From Heptranchias perlo (Eukaryota), in the NCBI RefSeq assembly GCF_035084215.1, contig NC_090345.1, positions 33,604,001 to 33,668,000 on the forward strand: DNA of 64,000 bases, written 5' to 3'. Every line of letters begins with the position of its first letter. Position 1 is the first letter of the stretch. The notes beneath the pieces were generated by a model. It was given only the letters and a program-made list of their open reading frames with translations. It made no database searches and was not told the origin of the DNA. The position numbers and the translations under genes were made by a program. Of the stretch, positions 38,325 to 49,611 are shown piece by piece.

Positions 38325-39766
38325 TGGCCTGGATTTTCCTCCCATTGGTGGGTTAGCGGTGGAGCGGGAATGCCGCCCGCCCAACTGGGAAATGCTCATT
38401 ATTGGTAGTTTCAGCATTGTGTGCTTTCTCAAAGCATTGCAATGCCCTTACACTCAGCATCTATTTCTTTAAGGGGGGATGTCACTGTATACACAGCTAA
38501 ACAAGCTCTTCTGTGTTTCACATCACATGGGGGTACCTTGCACGAAAAGGCTGGCCACAATGATCACCACCAGGCCCTTCCACTGGAGAATTAGCTGCCA
38601 GAACCACAGCCTCAACTGCTGTCACTTCCTTACTAATTGTGATGTGGTATCAACACAATTAGTAAGGAAGTGGGTGCAGAGGCACCCACTTGGAAGGAAG
38701 TAACTAGTGAATCAGAAGGGCTTTCACTGAGTGAAATACCGAGCATTGATGAGTATGTGGGCCTGGGAGTGGAAGAGAGAGAGAGAGAGAGAAAGTGCCG
38801 TTGCTCCATGGATGGTGAAGAAATGACCACCCTTGGCTGAGGAACGTAAAGGCACAGATCTCAGGGGCTCAGACTTCAAAAGAACAATGATTAGAGAGCA
38901 TTGATTTGAAATGCTGGCAATGGACATGGTTTTCACACATGTGGTTCAGATAATGGACAAATGAAAGGAGTCCACTACCCACATCTGCAATACATTGCAG
39001 GAAGTTACCCCATGACCTGCAGAACACCCTGGAGTTGACAGCCTGGGACATTCTGCAGCATCAAGATAACAGGAACGACCTTCTAAGGATATTGGTAGCT
39101 TCTGGTGTGGCAGTTAACACTGCTGCAATAGATGCTTTGAACAAGGCACTTTCACAGGGCTAATCAGTCTGTACTGACAGTGAGCAGTAGCTCTTCTGAG
39201 CCTGTGCCCAGCACCAGAGGGCTGCAAAGAGTCGGCACAGATATCACTGTCTCCCTGATGAGTGACATTGAGCACCCCCCTCCAATGCCTACGCACAAGG
39301 AAACTTCAGACATGGGCCTAGCACCCCTTGTCAATGCAAGAGAAAAGCTGTCAAAAGTTGCTTCGCTGAGATGAGAGAAAGAAAGACTTGCATTTATATA
39401 GCACCTTTCACGACCTCAGGACGTCTCAAACCACTTTACAACCAATGAAGTACTTTTAAAGTGTAGTCACTGTTGTAATGTTGGAAACACGGCAGTCAAT
39501 TTGCACACATCAAACTCCCACAAATAACAATGAGATAATGACCAGAAAATCACTTTTGGTGATGTTAGTTAAGGGATAAATATTGACCAGGACATCGGGG
39601 ATAACTCCCCTGCTCTTCTTCAAAATAGTGCCATGGGATTTTTTACACTGAGAGGGCAGACGGGACCTCAGTTCAACATTTCATCTGAAAGACGGCACCT
39701 CCGACAGTACTGCACTGAAGTGTCAGCCTAGATTATGTGCTCAAGTCTCTGGAGTGGGACTTGAAT

Positions 39767-39801
<35 letters not shown>

Positions 39802-40440
39802 ACTGAGCCAGGTTGACACTGTGAGTTTGTGAGTAACCTCAACCTCATCTCACTCAGGAAGGACCTCATAGGTGTAGTAGATTAGGAGCATGAGCAAATA
39901 AGTTAGCTGACACAAAGGGTAGACGCGGTGTTAAGAAGTGGTTGAAGATAGGGAGTTTGGAATTTTTGGTACATCTTGGAGAATAGGCTGTTATATGAAT
40001 TAACACAGCTTGTGCACATAGAGTTCTGAGTTCATTTCTGTGTATGCTTTCAGCTTTTGGGGATTGAGATGATGGCAGGGGAAATGTAGACTTCTGTATT
40101 ATGAAAGAGATTTGCAGGAGTATTTTACAGTGAAAGACTATGTGAGGGCATGATGGGAGAACAGGCAGGATTGAAATGCCTTTTTGGTGAGTGAAAGCAT
40201 TGGGCTATCAATTGCGTCTTCTTTTCACTGGCTGATGGTTTTCCTGTCATCCTCTCCTTCCTTTGCACCCTCCTTCTTCATCATCATTGGCTTCAGCTTC
40301 CGAAGGCAACAAGCCTTTCTTCATCGTGATATTATGCAGAACACATCAAGCTACAGTGATCCCGAGACTCTTGAAGGGCTATATTGCAAGACTCTATATT
40401 GTTGGAGGGCACCATTAGGTGTGGTCCAGGTGTAACCACT
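38325..40440. mobile_element. Old degenerate Harbinger element (interrupted by a SINE)
   Basis: TIR-like ggcctggattttcc at 38326. The minus strand at ~40320-40390 reads LQYSPSRVS...VA*CVLHNI followed by an acidic tail, matching the HARBI1-like C-terminus. Boundaries are uncertain. Confidence 0.55.
39376..39818 (-). mobile_element. tRNA-derived Deu-domain SINE with L2-type tail
   Basis: tRNA head on - (tggctcagtggtagcactc...gattcaagtccc), a Deu-like core (aagacggcacctccgacagt...gtgtcagcctagattatgtgctc), and tail ctatataaatgcaagtctttc. Confidence 0.85.
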
Positions 40441-42801
40441 AAGATTGTGACCCAAGCAAATTTTGTACTAAAACATAAGTTCATAAGGAAAGTCAGGGAT
40501 GAGAAAAGACATTTGGCCCATCAAAGATCATCCCACTAGTGCTCCAACTCTCCGATCACAGCAACTAACAATCTCGAGAAACCACAATGTTTTTAGTCAT
40601 AATACCCGGCCTGGCAGACCATTTACAACATTTGGGTTGGAGTCAGGGCAGCAAGTGGAAATCACACCCTGCCCTCCTCTGAGGAGGAAAATTCAAGCTA
40701 TAGTCAAACTATAGAAACTAAGAATAAGCCAGTAGAAAATGTAAAAGGACAAAAATTCAGTAAAGGACGTAGAAGTCGCCAAAATTAGGGCATAGAATTA
40801 AAAACTTTAGGACTTTGTGCTAACGGGAAGTACAGGTGCCACTTTAAGGAGTGGCACCAGCACATTTATGTTCCTGTTTTGGAAATTGCACCCCGCTTGT
40901 CTGCGTTCCAGCACATAATGCAAATCGTGTGCCTTTGCACTGCCGGTTTGCCCATAATAGAGTTTCAGCCCCCTGATTCCATTTCTCAGTCATGCACAAT
41001 AATGCACAATATTGTCCCCAACTGATAGAATGAGAGAAAACATTAATTAATTGCAAAATTCAATTGAACTTATTCTGTCATCAGGTTAGAAGGCAAAATA
41101 AATTGTTCCATTGCTCAGGTTTTTATAATTAGTCTGTGCAGACCACAGTATGTGAGACTAAAGTGATTTCAAGCTAAAATAGATGAGAAATAAAATCACA
41201 ATCCACATATTGTTTGGTACAAAAGATGCATCTTGTTAAATTAAAGTCTCAGCCCACTTGACAGAAGGCATGTGGACCTCCTGATAACACTATTAGCACT
41301 GCCAGTTAGTGAGTGGACTCCATTTCTAGCTTCACAGTCTGTGACTGATATTGTGAACAGCAAGAAAGTGATTAGAAGGAATGAAAATCACTCTCCTACA
41401 AGGTCAGAATTGCTGGACCTGCACTACTGAAAAGGGAACTGGGTGGAAATAAAACAAATAGAAATAGTTTCAAAAAGTCACTGAAAACAAGGACAGCTAG
41501 ATGGTAAGAAAAAATAAAGGGGAGAAAACCCAAATGAAACAGATTATGGCAACTACGGAGTTCTAAGTTAGAACTGAGAATATCAATATCATTACTTGCC
41601 CTTATTTTTATCCCAATTTTATACCCTCCTCTCCTGAAGCTACTACTGTAGATTTTTGGATACATTCGAGCCCAGTGGGGGGCCAGGTTTTGCGCCTGGC
41701 CAGTTTTGTACCATATGTTGGGAGCTTCCCCTGAGTTGGGGGGCGGGGGAAGGGGAGGGCATGTAATTGGTTGCTGACAAAGAATGATGAGACCATTCAA
41801 AGAAATCATTGTACATGGGAAATTATGTTACTCTTCAAAAAGACTTGGGTCTGCAAATTCCTGGAGCTGGAGAGGAAAGCCCAGTTGACTAGGGAGAGGA
41901 GGGAAGCCACAAATTTGGGGCAGAACTTGGTTATGCCAGAATTCTGGCCATTCCAATGACCCTTTAAATTCTGGGGGGAGGACCACTCCATCTACCCCTC
42001 CAACAAGTCAAATAGGAGTGATTGGGGGAAGTTCCTGGACTACCTCAGAGATTCCACCATTTTTTGTCTTCCATAATCCTGCACAGAACGTATGTCCCAA
42101 GCCCTTAGTAGGGAAAGGTAAACAATTTCAGAGAGAATCAATTACCTTCCCCAAGAAACCTGTTTTCTCCTTTCACCCAGCCTACTCTCCGCAATCAGAT
42201 CGGCACGGTGCCACTCTGACATTTCAGCTAATGGTTGGGATGGGCACAACTGAACTGCCCTTGCAGGCATGACGCATCCATTCTGACCGAGCAAAAACAA
42301 AATTGGGTGTCAAGCAGTTTGTCTTTAACCCATGAAGTTAATGGACGAAAGTCCCAAACATCAGAAGGTAGAACAGGACTCATGGCCTTCATTAGCATGC
42401 TGCATGTTTAATAAGGTCATTCCCAAAAGGAGCAGGAATATTTGGCACAGATATACAGCCCAATGAAAATATGCATGGGGCAAATCATGGGGAACTGGAG
42501 GAATAACTAGCCCCACAAATTTCCGGTTTCTACTCACCCGAATCCTGCCAACGTATTTCATCAGTTGTTAATCAAAGCGATAGGTGGGAGTGAATTGGGA
42601 AGGAGTTGGGGAAGGGAACTGCAATAACTAATCCTACCCCACGTTATTGAGTGACAGGGAACGTCATTGTGTCCTGAACAAAAGAAATGTGGTGGGCAAA
42701 TGTAATCGAAGATGAAATAAGGAAAAAAATTTTAAGTATATGGACAATCAAAACATAGAAAGGAAATTTAAGCAAGCAGAAAGATCATAGATTCAGTTAT
42801 A

Positions 42802-44680
42802 AAACTCCATATTAGGAGGGAGGCGGGTTGGCAGCGGGGGGTCGACTGGCCGCGTGGATAACGCGCCCAGTGAATTCGGAGTGCTCCGCACGCGATCGCA
42901 GCCTAATTGAAGCCACTTACCTTGGCTTCTGGGTTTCGCGCTGGAAAGCTGCGCAGCGGGCGGACTGCGCACCCGCATCATAGGCTGTCAGCTGGAGGAG
43001 CCCTATTTAAAGGGGCAGTCCTCCACTGACTGATGCTGCAGAAAGGAGCCAAAATTACAGCATGGAGCAGCCCGGGGGAAGGCTACTCCCACGTTTAATG
43101 ATGCCTCACTCCAGGTCCTACTGGATGGGGTGAGGAGGAGGGGGAGGACAGAGATCTTCTCCCCAGCAGACGGGAGGAAGTGGCCTGCCTCTGCCACCAC
43201 GAAGGCCTGGCTCGAGGTGGCAGAGGAGGTCACCAGCACCACCAACATATCACGCACCTGCATACAGTGCAGGAGGCACTTCAATGACCTAAGTAGGTCA
43301 GCCGAAGTGAGTACACTTACTCATTCCCCTACACTCCGTCTGCCACATCACTGCCCTAACCCCACATCTCCTTCTGCACTGCCAACACTACTCTATCACA
43401 TCACTCCTCACACCCACTCAAACCTCATCCTCATCTTACCTGCACTTACTCACCTCGCCAGTACTCATCCCACCACTACCACTCAACCCAATCTTCATAC
43501 AATCTCATGGCTCTGTCTCATACTCACCCTCTCATGCATCTCTTTCACGGTCAGCCTCACCCAACCTGCCACTACCTGTGCTGCAGCCACAGGGCATGCA
43601 TCATATATGTATAGTAGGAAGCATAAGGCAAACGTGTCGTGAGCATGAAGGGGACACACAAGGGTGTTTGAGGGTTTGTCATCGTTTTTACTTATATTTG
43701 ATTTCTGATCAACTCACATTACATATTATATTGTCATAACTACTGCCACGTCTTGGCCATTCTTGACTGGCTTGTGCAATAAGGCCCTTTCATGAGGTTC
43801 TCCATGAAGACCCACACCTGATGCCACCCATTGTGTCACTGCAGAGTGGGTGCAGGTGTATTTGAAGGGCTCTTTTGTGCAGACGACTGAGAGACGCCGG
43901 CGATGTCCCTGGTGGCTCCCTGGTAGGATCCAGAGGAGAAGTTGTCGAGGGCAGTGGTGACTTTGACAGAGACAGGTAAGAAGATGGTGCTTGGGCCAGC
44001 CGGGAGCAGCTCGGCATCAGGAAGGCTGCAGATGTCCACGACTACATGTCAAGTGACTCTGAGCCTCCGTGTACACTGCTGCTCAGAGAGGTCCAGGAAG
44101 TTGAGCCTCGGTCTGTAGACCCTGTGGCGAGGGTAGTGCCCTCTGCGAAGCATCTCTCTCTGCAGTTGCCCTCCCTCCTGCTGTGCAGGTGGATGTGTCA
44201 CAGCACTGTGTTGTGGAGCTCCACGTGTCAGAGGTGGACGGCGAGGCTGGTGATGCTGTTCGTCCTCCGAGGAGGTCATGACTCCAGCTACGGCAGCCCC
44301 CATCCGCAAGATGTACGTTTGAGGGGGTCCGCATGGTAGGTAAATTTTGTCTGCACACCGGGGTTAAGTTGCAAGTTTTTGAATTTTATTGTTAGGAGGA
44401 GGGAGGTGGAGGAAAAACTTTGTCCAAAGTGACAGAGTGGCCTCCTGCAATGAGTGAGGGTCTCCCCTCCCACCTGTCAAATGGACCTTTGCAGCTGTCA
44501 CAGGCTGGTGGCTGTAACACGCCCATTTCAACAGGGAGTGTTTAGATGAAAATCCCACCCCTCCTAAAATATCCTACAAATCAGGTCTGCCACCAGAACC
44601 AGATTTCCCCCCCAAATTCCAGCCCCCATTGGATGATGGGCACGTTTTCCATCGAGGTGCCCAATTGAAATTTCGGGCCC
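42802..44680. mobile_element. Non-autonomous Harbinger, family A, copy 2
   Basis: Myb exon 1 on + (43062-43306, 1-nt deletion) and HARBI1-like N-terminus on - (~43870-44303). It has the same internal junctions as 8056-10826. The left TIR is degenerate and the right end is divergent. Confidence 0.88.
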
Positions 44681-47234
44681 TTAAATGTGCTACAACTTAA
44701 CATCATTTAATTAGTCTTATTCACAACCTTATCAGGCACCAAGTTTATTTTAACTTGAGGGAGAAACCTGCAATAAATTGCTATTGATCTGTGCTCTGCT
44801 AATTTTCAGAATATTCATAGTTTCAAAGATAATACGCAAACCCAGCTTTTAATCCCTTTCGTTTTAATTTCCTAAAATGTTTGCATATGCATCAAATCAG
44901 AGATGGCCATGTCCTCCAAGCTGCATCAGCACAGTTTAAACATAAACATCCAGCACTATAATTATTTATAATATAATTCACACTAATTAAAAAGTTTGTG
45001 CGCTAGCAGATGGATCTGTTACATAATACAATGTTGAAATAGCTCCATCTGCTATAGCAGACACCTTTACACAAGGAAGTGGATATGTAAGAAACGGCGC
45101 ATTTGACAATTTTTTTATATAATGTGAAAAGGACATTTTTGCCTGTTCGTATGAAGAACACTTTTTTTTTGTGGCAATGAGAGAATTTGAAATATAGTAC
45201 TTGTACTTCCATACAAATTTCTGATAACAAGCCTCATGAGGAAAAAAACAAAACTAAAAATAGTAACCGAGTTGACACTAAGGAAAACAGAAGGCAGCAA
45301 AATGTTGACAAGAAAATGATAAATGCGGCAAAATAAACTCAAAATAAACAGAAACATGATAGAGGTATAGCAGGGAGCTACATAATGAGCAAGAATGGAA
45401 TGCATACAGAGCAAAAAGATGGACTGGACAATCAGCAAATGTACACATAGATAGGTACAACTTCCATTAGTAGCACTTTATCTATATTGCAAGAAAATCT
45501 CATTAAAACATATTGGATTGTATTGATTTGCAATTGTCACATTTTTGTGTCAGCTTTTTCAATTATAAATTCCCACGTCCACATTTAGAATGGAAGCACC
45601 TATATAAACTCAAAATGCTGATTGCGCAATTTGGCCCGAGTTGGGTACTCTGGCTACCGGGTTCCCAATTTTCTCAGCATGCTTCCTGAAAATTGTTTTC
45701 ATCCACCATTTTTTCCCTTAGTAACTGAAATTTCTAATGTCCAAAATAAGGATTTAACTAAAATCAAAAAATTACATATTTCACAATGACATGATTAAAT
45801 TTATCCATTGAATTTTCTTTTGTGTTTTTTAATGCCTGCATTATATTTTTTATTTGAAGGCCTCCGCCTCTCCCAAAAGCCTGGGCTTGAAGCTGAAGGC
45901 CTTGAATTTCCGGAGGGTTGTCAGCGGGAGATGAACGGAACTCCTATAGAAACTGAAGAAAAGCCATCTTCAGCCATCCAAACCATTTCTAGAAGGGTTC
46001 CACCAATCTTCCGTCAAAGTATGGCAAGAGGTTGGAAGAATCCCTACAGAACACACAGGGTCAATATTTTTGCTCAGAGCTGTGAGCTGCATTAGGATTG
46101 TGCAGTTTAAGAGTGTGCAGTGTATCTAATTTCCAAGAATGCATCACCATATTCAGTTAGCTATATTGAGGAACATTTTTTCTTTAGCTTCAAAAGGTTT
46201 TCAAAATTATTTGAAGAAAAGCTAAAGGCCAAATTTCAAAAACTTTTCTGAGGGAGTATTCATATTAAATGCCTTGTTTAAGAAAGAGAGGTTGTGTTTC
46301 AGTGTGAGACAGAGAGAGCAAGAGAGAGAAAATGACAGTGATCTGATTACACACCTATTGTAATCTTAATTTTGTGTTCTATAAACATTAGAAAATGAAA
46401 GAAAGAGAAACTGGTGTCAAAGAGGAAGAGAGGGAGAGAGGGATTGGAGTCAAAGAGAGACAGATATGCGAGAGAAAGGATGAGGGGGAGAACGAGTGCA
46501 TCTTTCTTCATGTAATGTTACTTCAATTTATATTAAAAAAACACCAGCTAAAATTTGATGCCAGCTAATTGCCTCATTTGTGCTTTGTTGACAGTTAGAA
46601 AAGATCCATGCTAATGGCTTATACCTAAGAGACAAATATTCTAATTTCTAACGCCTAGAAGACACAAATTGAAAGACAGGCAGTTTTTTCTTCATTCTAA
46701 TTTATATATTTTTTTAAGTTGAATTTTGAAAACAAACAATGTCTGTTTGAGGGCAGCAAATAGGAAGGGAGAGTTGGAGCGGGATGGGTGGAGGGAAATT
46801 GATTGAAGGTGAGGAGGCCTTCGCTTTACCAAGGAGGTTGTTACCAAGCTATGTCAGCTGCTGCAGCCTCAAGCCAGGGCATCGACAGCATTGCCTGTGG
46901 CCGTCAAGCTCACCGTCATACTCAGCTTTTATGCCAAGGGCTCCTGTCAGGCTGCCACAGGTGACTTCAGCAACATCTCATAGTTCACAGTGCGCTGATG
47001 TATGAGGGAGGTCACCGAAGCTCTCTACACCAAGAGAAACACTTACATCTCCTTTGCTATTGACAGAGAGAAGCAGGATGAGAGAGCATGAGGTTTCGCC
47101 TGCATGGCAGACTTCCCCATGGTGCAAGGTGCCATTGACTGCAGATTGTCTCGCATGCTCCTCATCAGCACCCTGGGATATTTATCAATCGCAAGGGATT
47201 CCACTCCCTCAACAAACAACTGCTTTGTGGCCAC

Positions 47235-47450
47235 TATGTGGAGATGCCGGTGATGGACTGGGGTTGACAATTGTAAACAATTTTACAACACCAAGTTATA
47301 GTCCAGCAATTTTATTTTAAATTCACAAGCTTTCGGAGGCTTCCTCCTTCATTCACATCGTTCACCTGACGAAGGAGGAAGCCTCCGAAAGCTTGTGAAT
47401 TTAAAATAAAATTGCTGGACTATAACTTGGTGTTGTAAAATTGTTTACAA
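47235..47450. mobile_element. Palindromic mini-Penelope insertion (inverted pLTR ends)
   Basis: Perfect 84-bp inverted repeat (47267-47350 / 47371-47454) and TSD ttgtggccac (47225-47234, 47451-47460). Confidence 0.92.
47361..47399 (+). ncRNA. Minimal type I hammerhead ribozyme motif
   Basis: ttcac-CTGACGA-aggaggaagcctcc-GAAA-gc-TT-gtgaa. Confidence 0.8.
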
Positions 47451-47999
47451 TTGTGGCCACAGGCAGCGCATCATGCAGGCCTGTGCCCACTATCCCAGCA
47501 GCAGTCACGACTCTTTCATTCTGTGCAAGTCCTCTGTGCTGCCTCTATTTGGACCCGGCATCCAAGTTACAGGCTGGCTATTGGACAAGAAAGGTTATCC
47601 CCTCCGGACATAACTCATGACTCCTGTTAGGAACCGGCACACAACTGCACAGCAGGCCTACAATGAGAGCCATGCTGCCATCATCAAGCAAACAATCGAG
47701 GTACTCAAGCAACGCTTCAGCTGTCTGGGCAATTCTGGAGGAGATTTGCAGTACACCCGAGCGGGTTTCCAGTTTTGTGGAAACTGATCATGTCACCTAT
47801 GCCACCCCATTTTCTACCATTTGATGTCCAGTGGGATTTAAATGAGGCCAGGCAGTTAAAATCCCACCAGAAATCCAATGGCACTTAAAATAAGGCCTGA
47901 GTTTTGCTCTGATCTGTTGATTGTGGAATTACTTACCTCTGTGTAACGCATACTGCTTTCAATGATCAGCATGCTGGTAGCCCTGTGTTATATATCTAC

Positions 48000-48392
48000 T
48001 GTAAACAATTTTACAACACCAAGTTATAGTCCAGCAATTTTATTTTAAATTCACAAGCTTTCGGAGGCTACCTCCTTCCTCAGGTGAACGATGCGGAAAT
48101 GAAGTCCTCGAAATGAAGTCGCATTTATAATTCACAGAACAATGCTGGTGATAACAGACAGTTTTTTCAACTGCCCGTTGCCAAGGCAATCAGTGTGCAG
48201 ACAGACAGGTGTTACCTGCCAGGTCTCAGAATATACAAATCACCAAAAAAAACAACAAACAAAAAAAAAACAGAGATAGAGAGGTAGAAACATAGAAAAG
48301 ACAGCAACTGACCCGTTATATTAAAAACAGATAACATTTGTTCGCTGGTGGGGTAACGTGTAGCGTGACATGAACCCAAGATCCCGGTTGAG
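48000..48392 (-). mobile_element. Penelope-like 3' fragment (ORF end + pLTR)
   Basis: Reverse-complement homology to 32143-32597, with an 8-bp TSD atatctac (47992-47999, 48393-48400). Confidence 0.9.
48050..48088 (-). ncRNA. Minimal type I hammerhead ribozyme motif
   Basis: The minus strand reads ttcac-CTGAGGA-aggagg(tag)cctcc-GAAA-gc-TT-gtgaa. The only change from the 26499 copy is in loop II. Confidence 0.8.
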
Positions 48393-49611
48393 ATATCTAC
48401 AATATCTAAAAGCAGATATCTAAAACCCAAGATCCCGGTTGAGATATCTACAATATCTAAAAGCAGATCAATGGCATGAATCTGAAGGACTCCATAATTC
48501 AACAGTTATTACTCACCACAGGTCAGATAAGAAACCTAACAGAAACACTTAAAAATAATCTTGGTTGTTTACTTCTACAATTGAAATCAAGGTTACAGAA
48601 AAACCCACCAATGGCACTCCCTCAAGAGGCACACAAGAAACGTATGCCAGTGAAAAGGATAGCATCAGTTCCAAGGCTCCCAGTAGAGATTTGTTAAAAC
48701 AGTGGCCATAATAGGAGGAGAAAGTACAGTTGTAAACTGAGGAGAGGCTTGTGGAGTGGGAAAGCAGAGACAGAACACAGTGTGGAAAGAAAGCACAAAA
48801 ACACAAATATGCAAGAAAAACTGAGCCAGCCAGAAGGAAGAGAAGAAAGGATATCTAAAAATAGGGCAATAATCAAACAGCCCACACCAAAATTTCTCCA
48901 CCGAGATTTATAAGTAATGTATGAGTTTTACAAACATGTTAAAGGGATTATATTACATAATATACTTAATGCGAAAGTAACAAATAATGCATAGATGTAA
49001 ATTGGACTCCAAAGATTTTCCTTCTACTTATTGCCAGTTTTATGGCAGATTCTGGGAGAATGGTGGAGGAAAATGGGATAGAGAGGCCTAGGGCCCGTTA
49101 TTACCATGGCGGCAGGTTCACGGCGGGGGGTCGATTGGGCGCGTGGGTAACGTGCCCGGTGAAATCAGTCTGCTCCGCGCGCAATCGCAGGCTGATTGGA
49201 TCCACTTACCTGGTCTTCCAGGTTCCCCGCTGCAAAGCTGTGCGGCAGGCAGACTGTGCATGCGCAGTAAGGTCTGTCAGCTGGAGGCCCTCTATTTAAA
49301 GGGGCAGTCCTCCACTGACTGATGCTGCAAGAAATAGGAAAAATTACAGCATGGAGCAGCCCAGGGGGGAAGGCTGCTCCCAGGTTTAATGATGCCTCAC
49401 TCCAGCTCTTATTGGATGGGATGAGGAGGAGGGGGAGGACAGAGATCTTCTCCCCGGAGGGCGGGAGGAAGCGGCCTGCCTCTGCCACCAAGAAGGCCTG
49501 GCTCGAGGTGGCAGAGGAGGTCACCTGTACCACCAACATATCGCCCACCTGCATACAGTGCAGGAGGCGCTGCAATGACCTAAGTAGGTCAGCCGAAGTG
49601 AGTACACTTAC

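Larger units (their letters stand above)
46885..47770 (+). pseudogene. Fossil Harbinger transposase with DDE core (HARBI1-like)
   Basis: ALPVAVKLTV...CMREVTEALY...DFPMVQGAIDC...INRKGFHSLN...YPSSSHDSFIL...GWLLDKKGYPL...LMTP...YNESHA...LKQRFSCL...GGDLQY. It has stops and a Penelope insertion. Confidence 0.88.

Noticed and set aside
45004-45053. Hairpin tagcagatgga...tccatctgcta as a pre-miRNA
   Set aside because: The stem is too short and there is no recognised mature sequence.
47936-47981. Strong minus-strand donor (GAG|GTAAGT) with a short open stretch
   Set aside because: No recognisable protein similarity and a poor acceptor.
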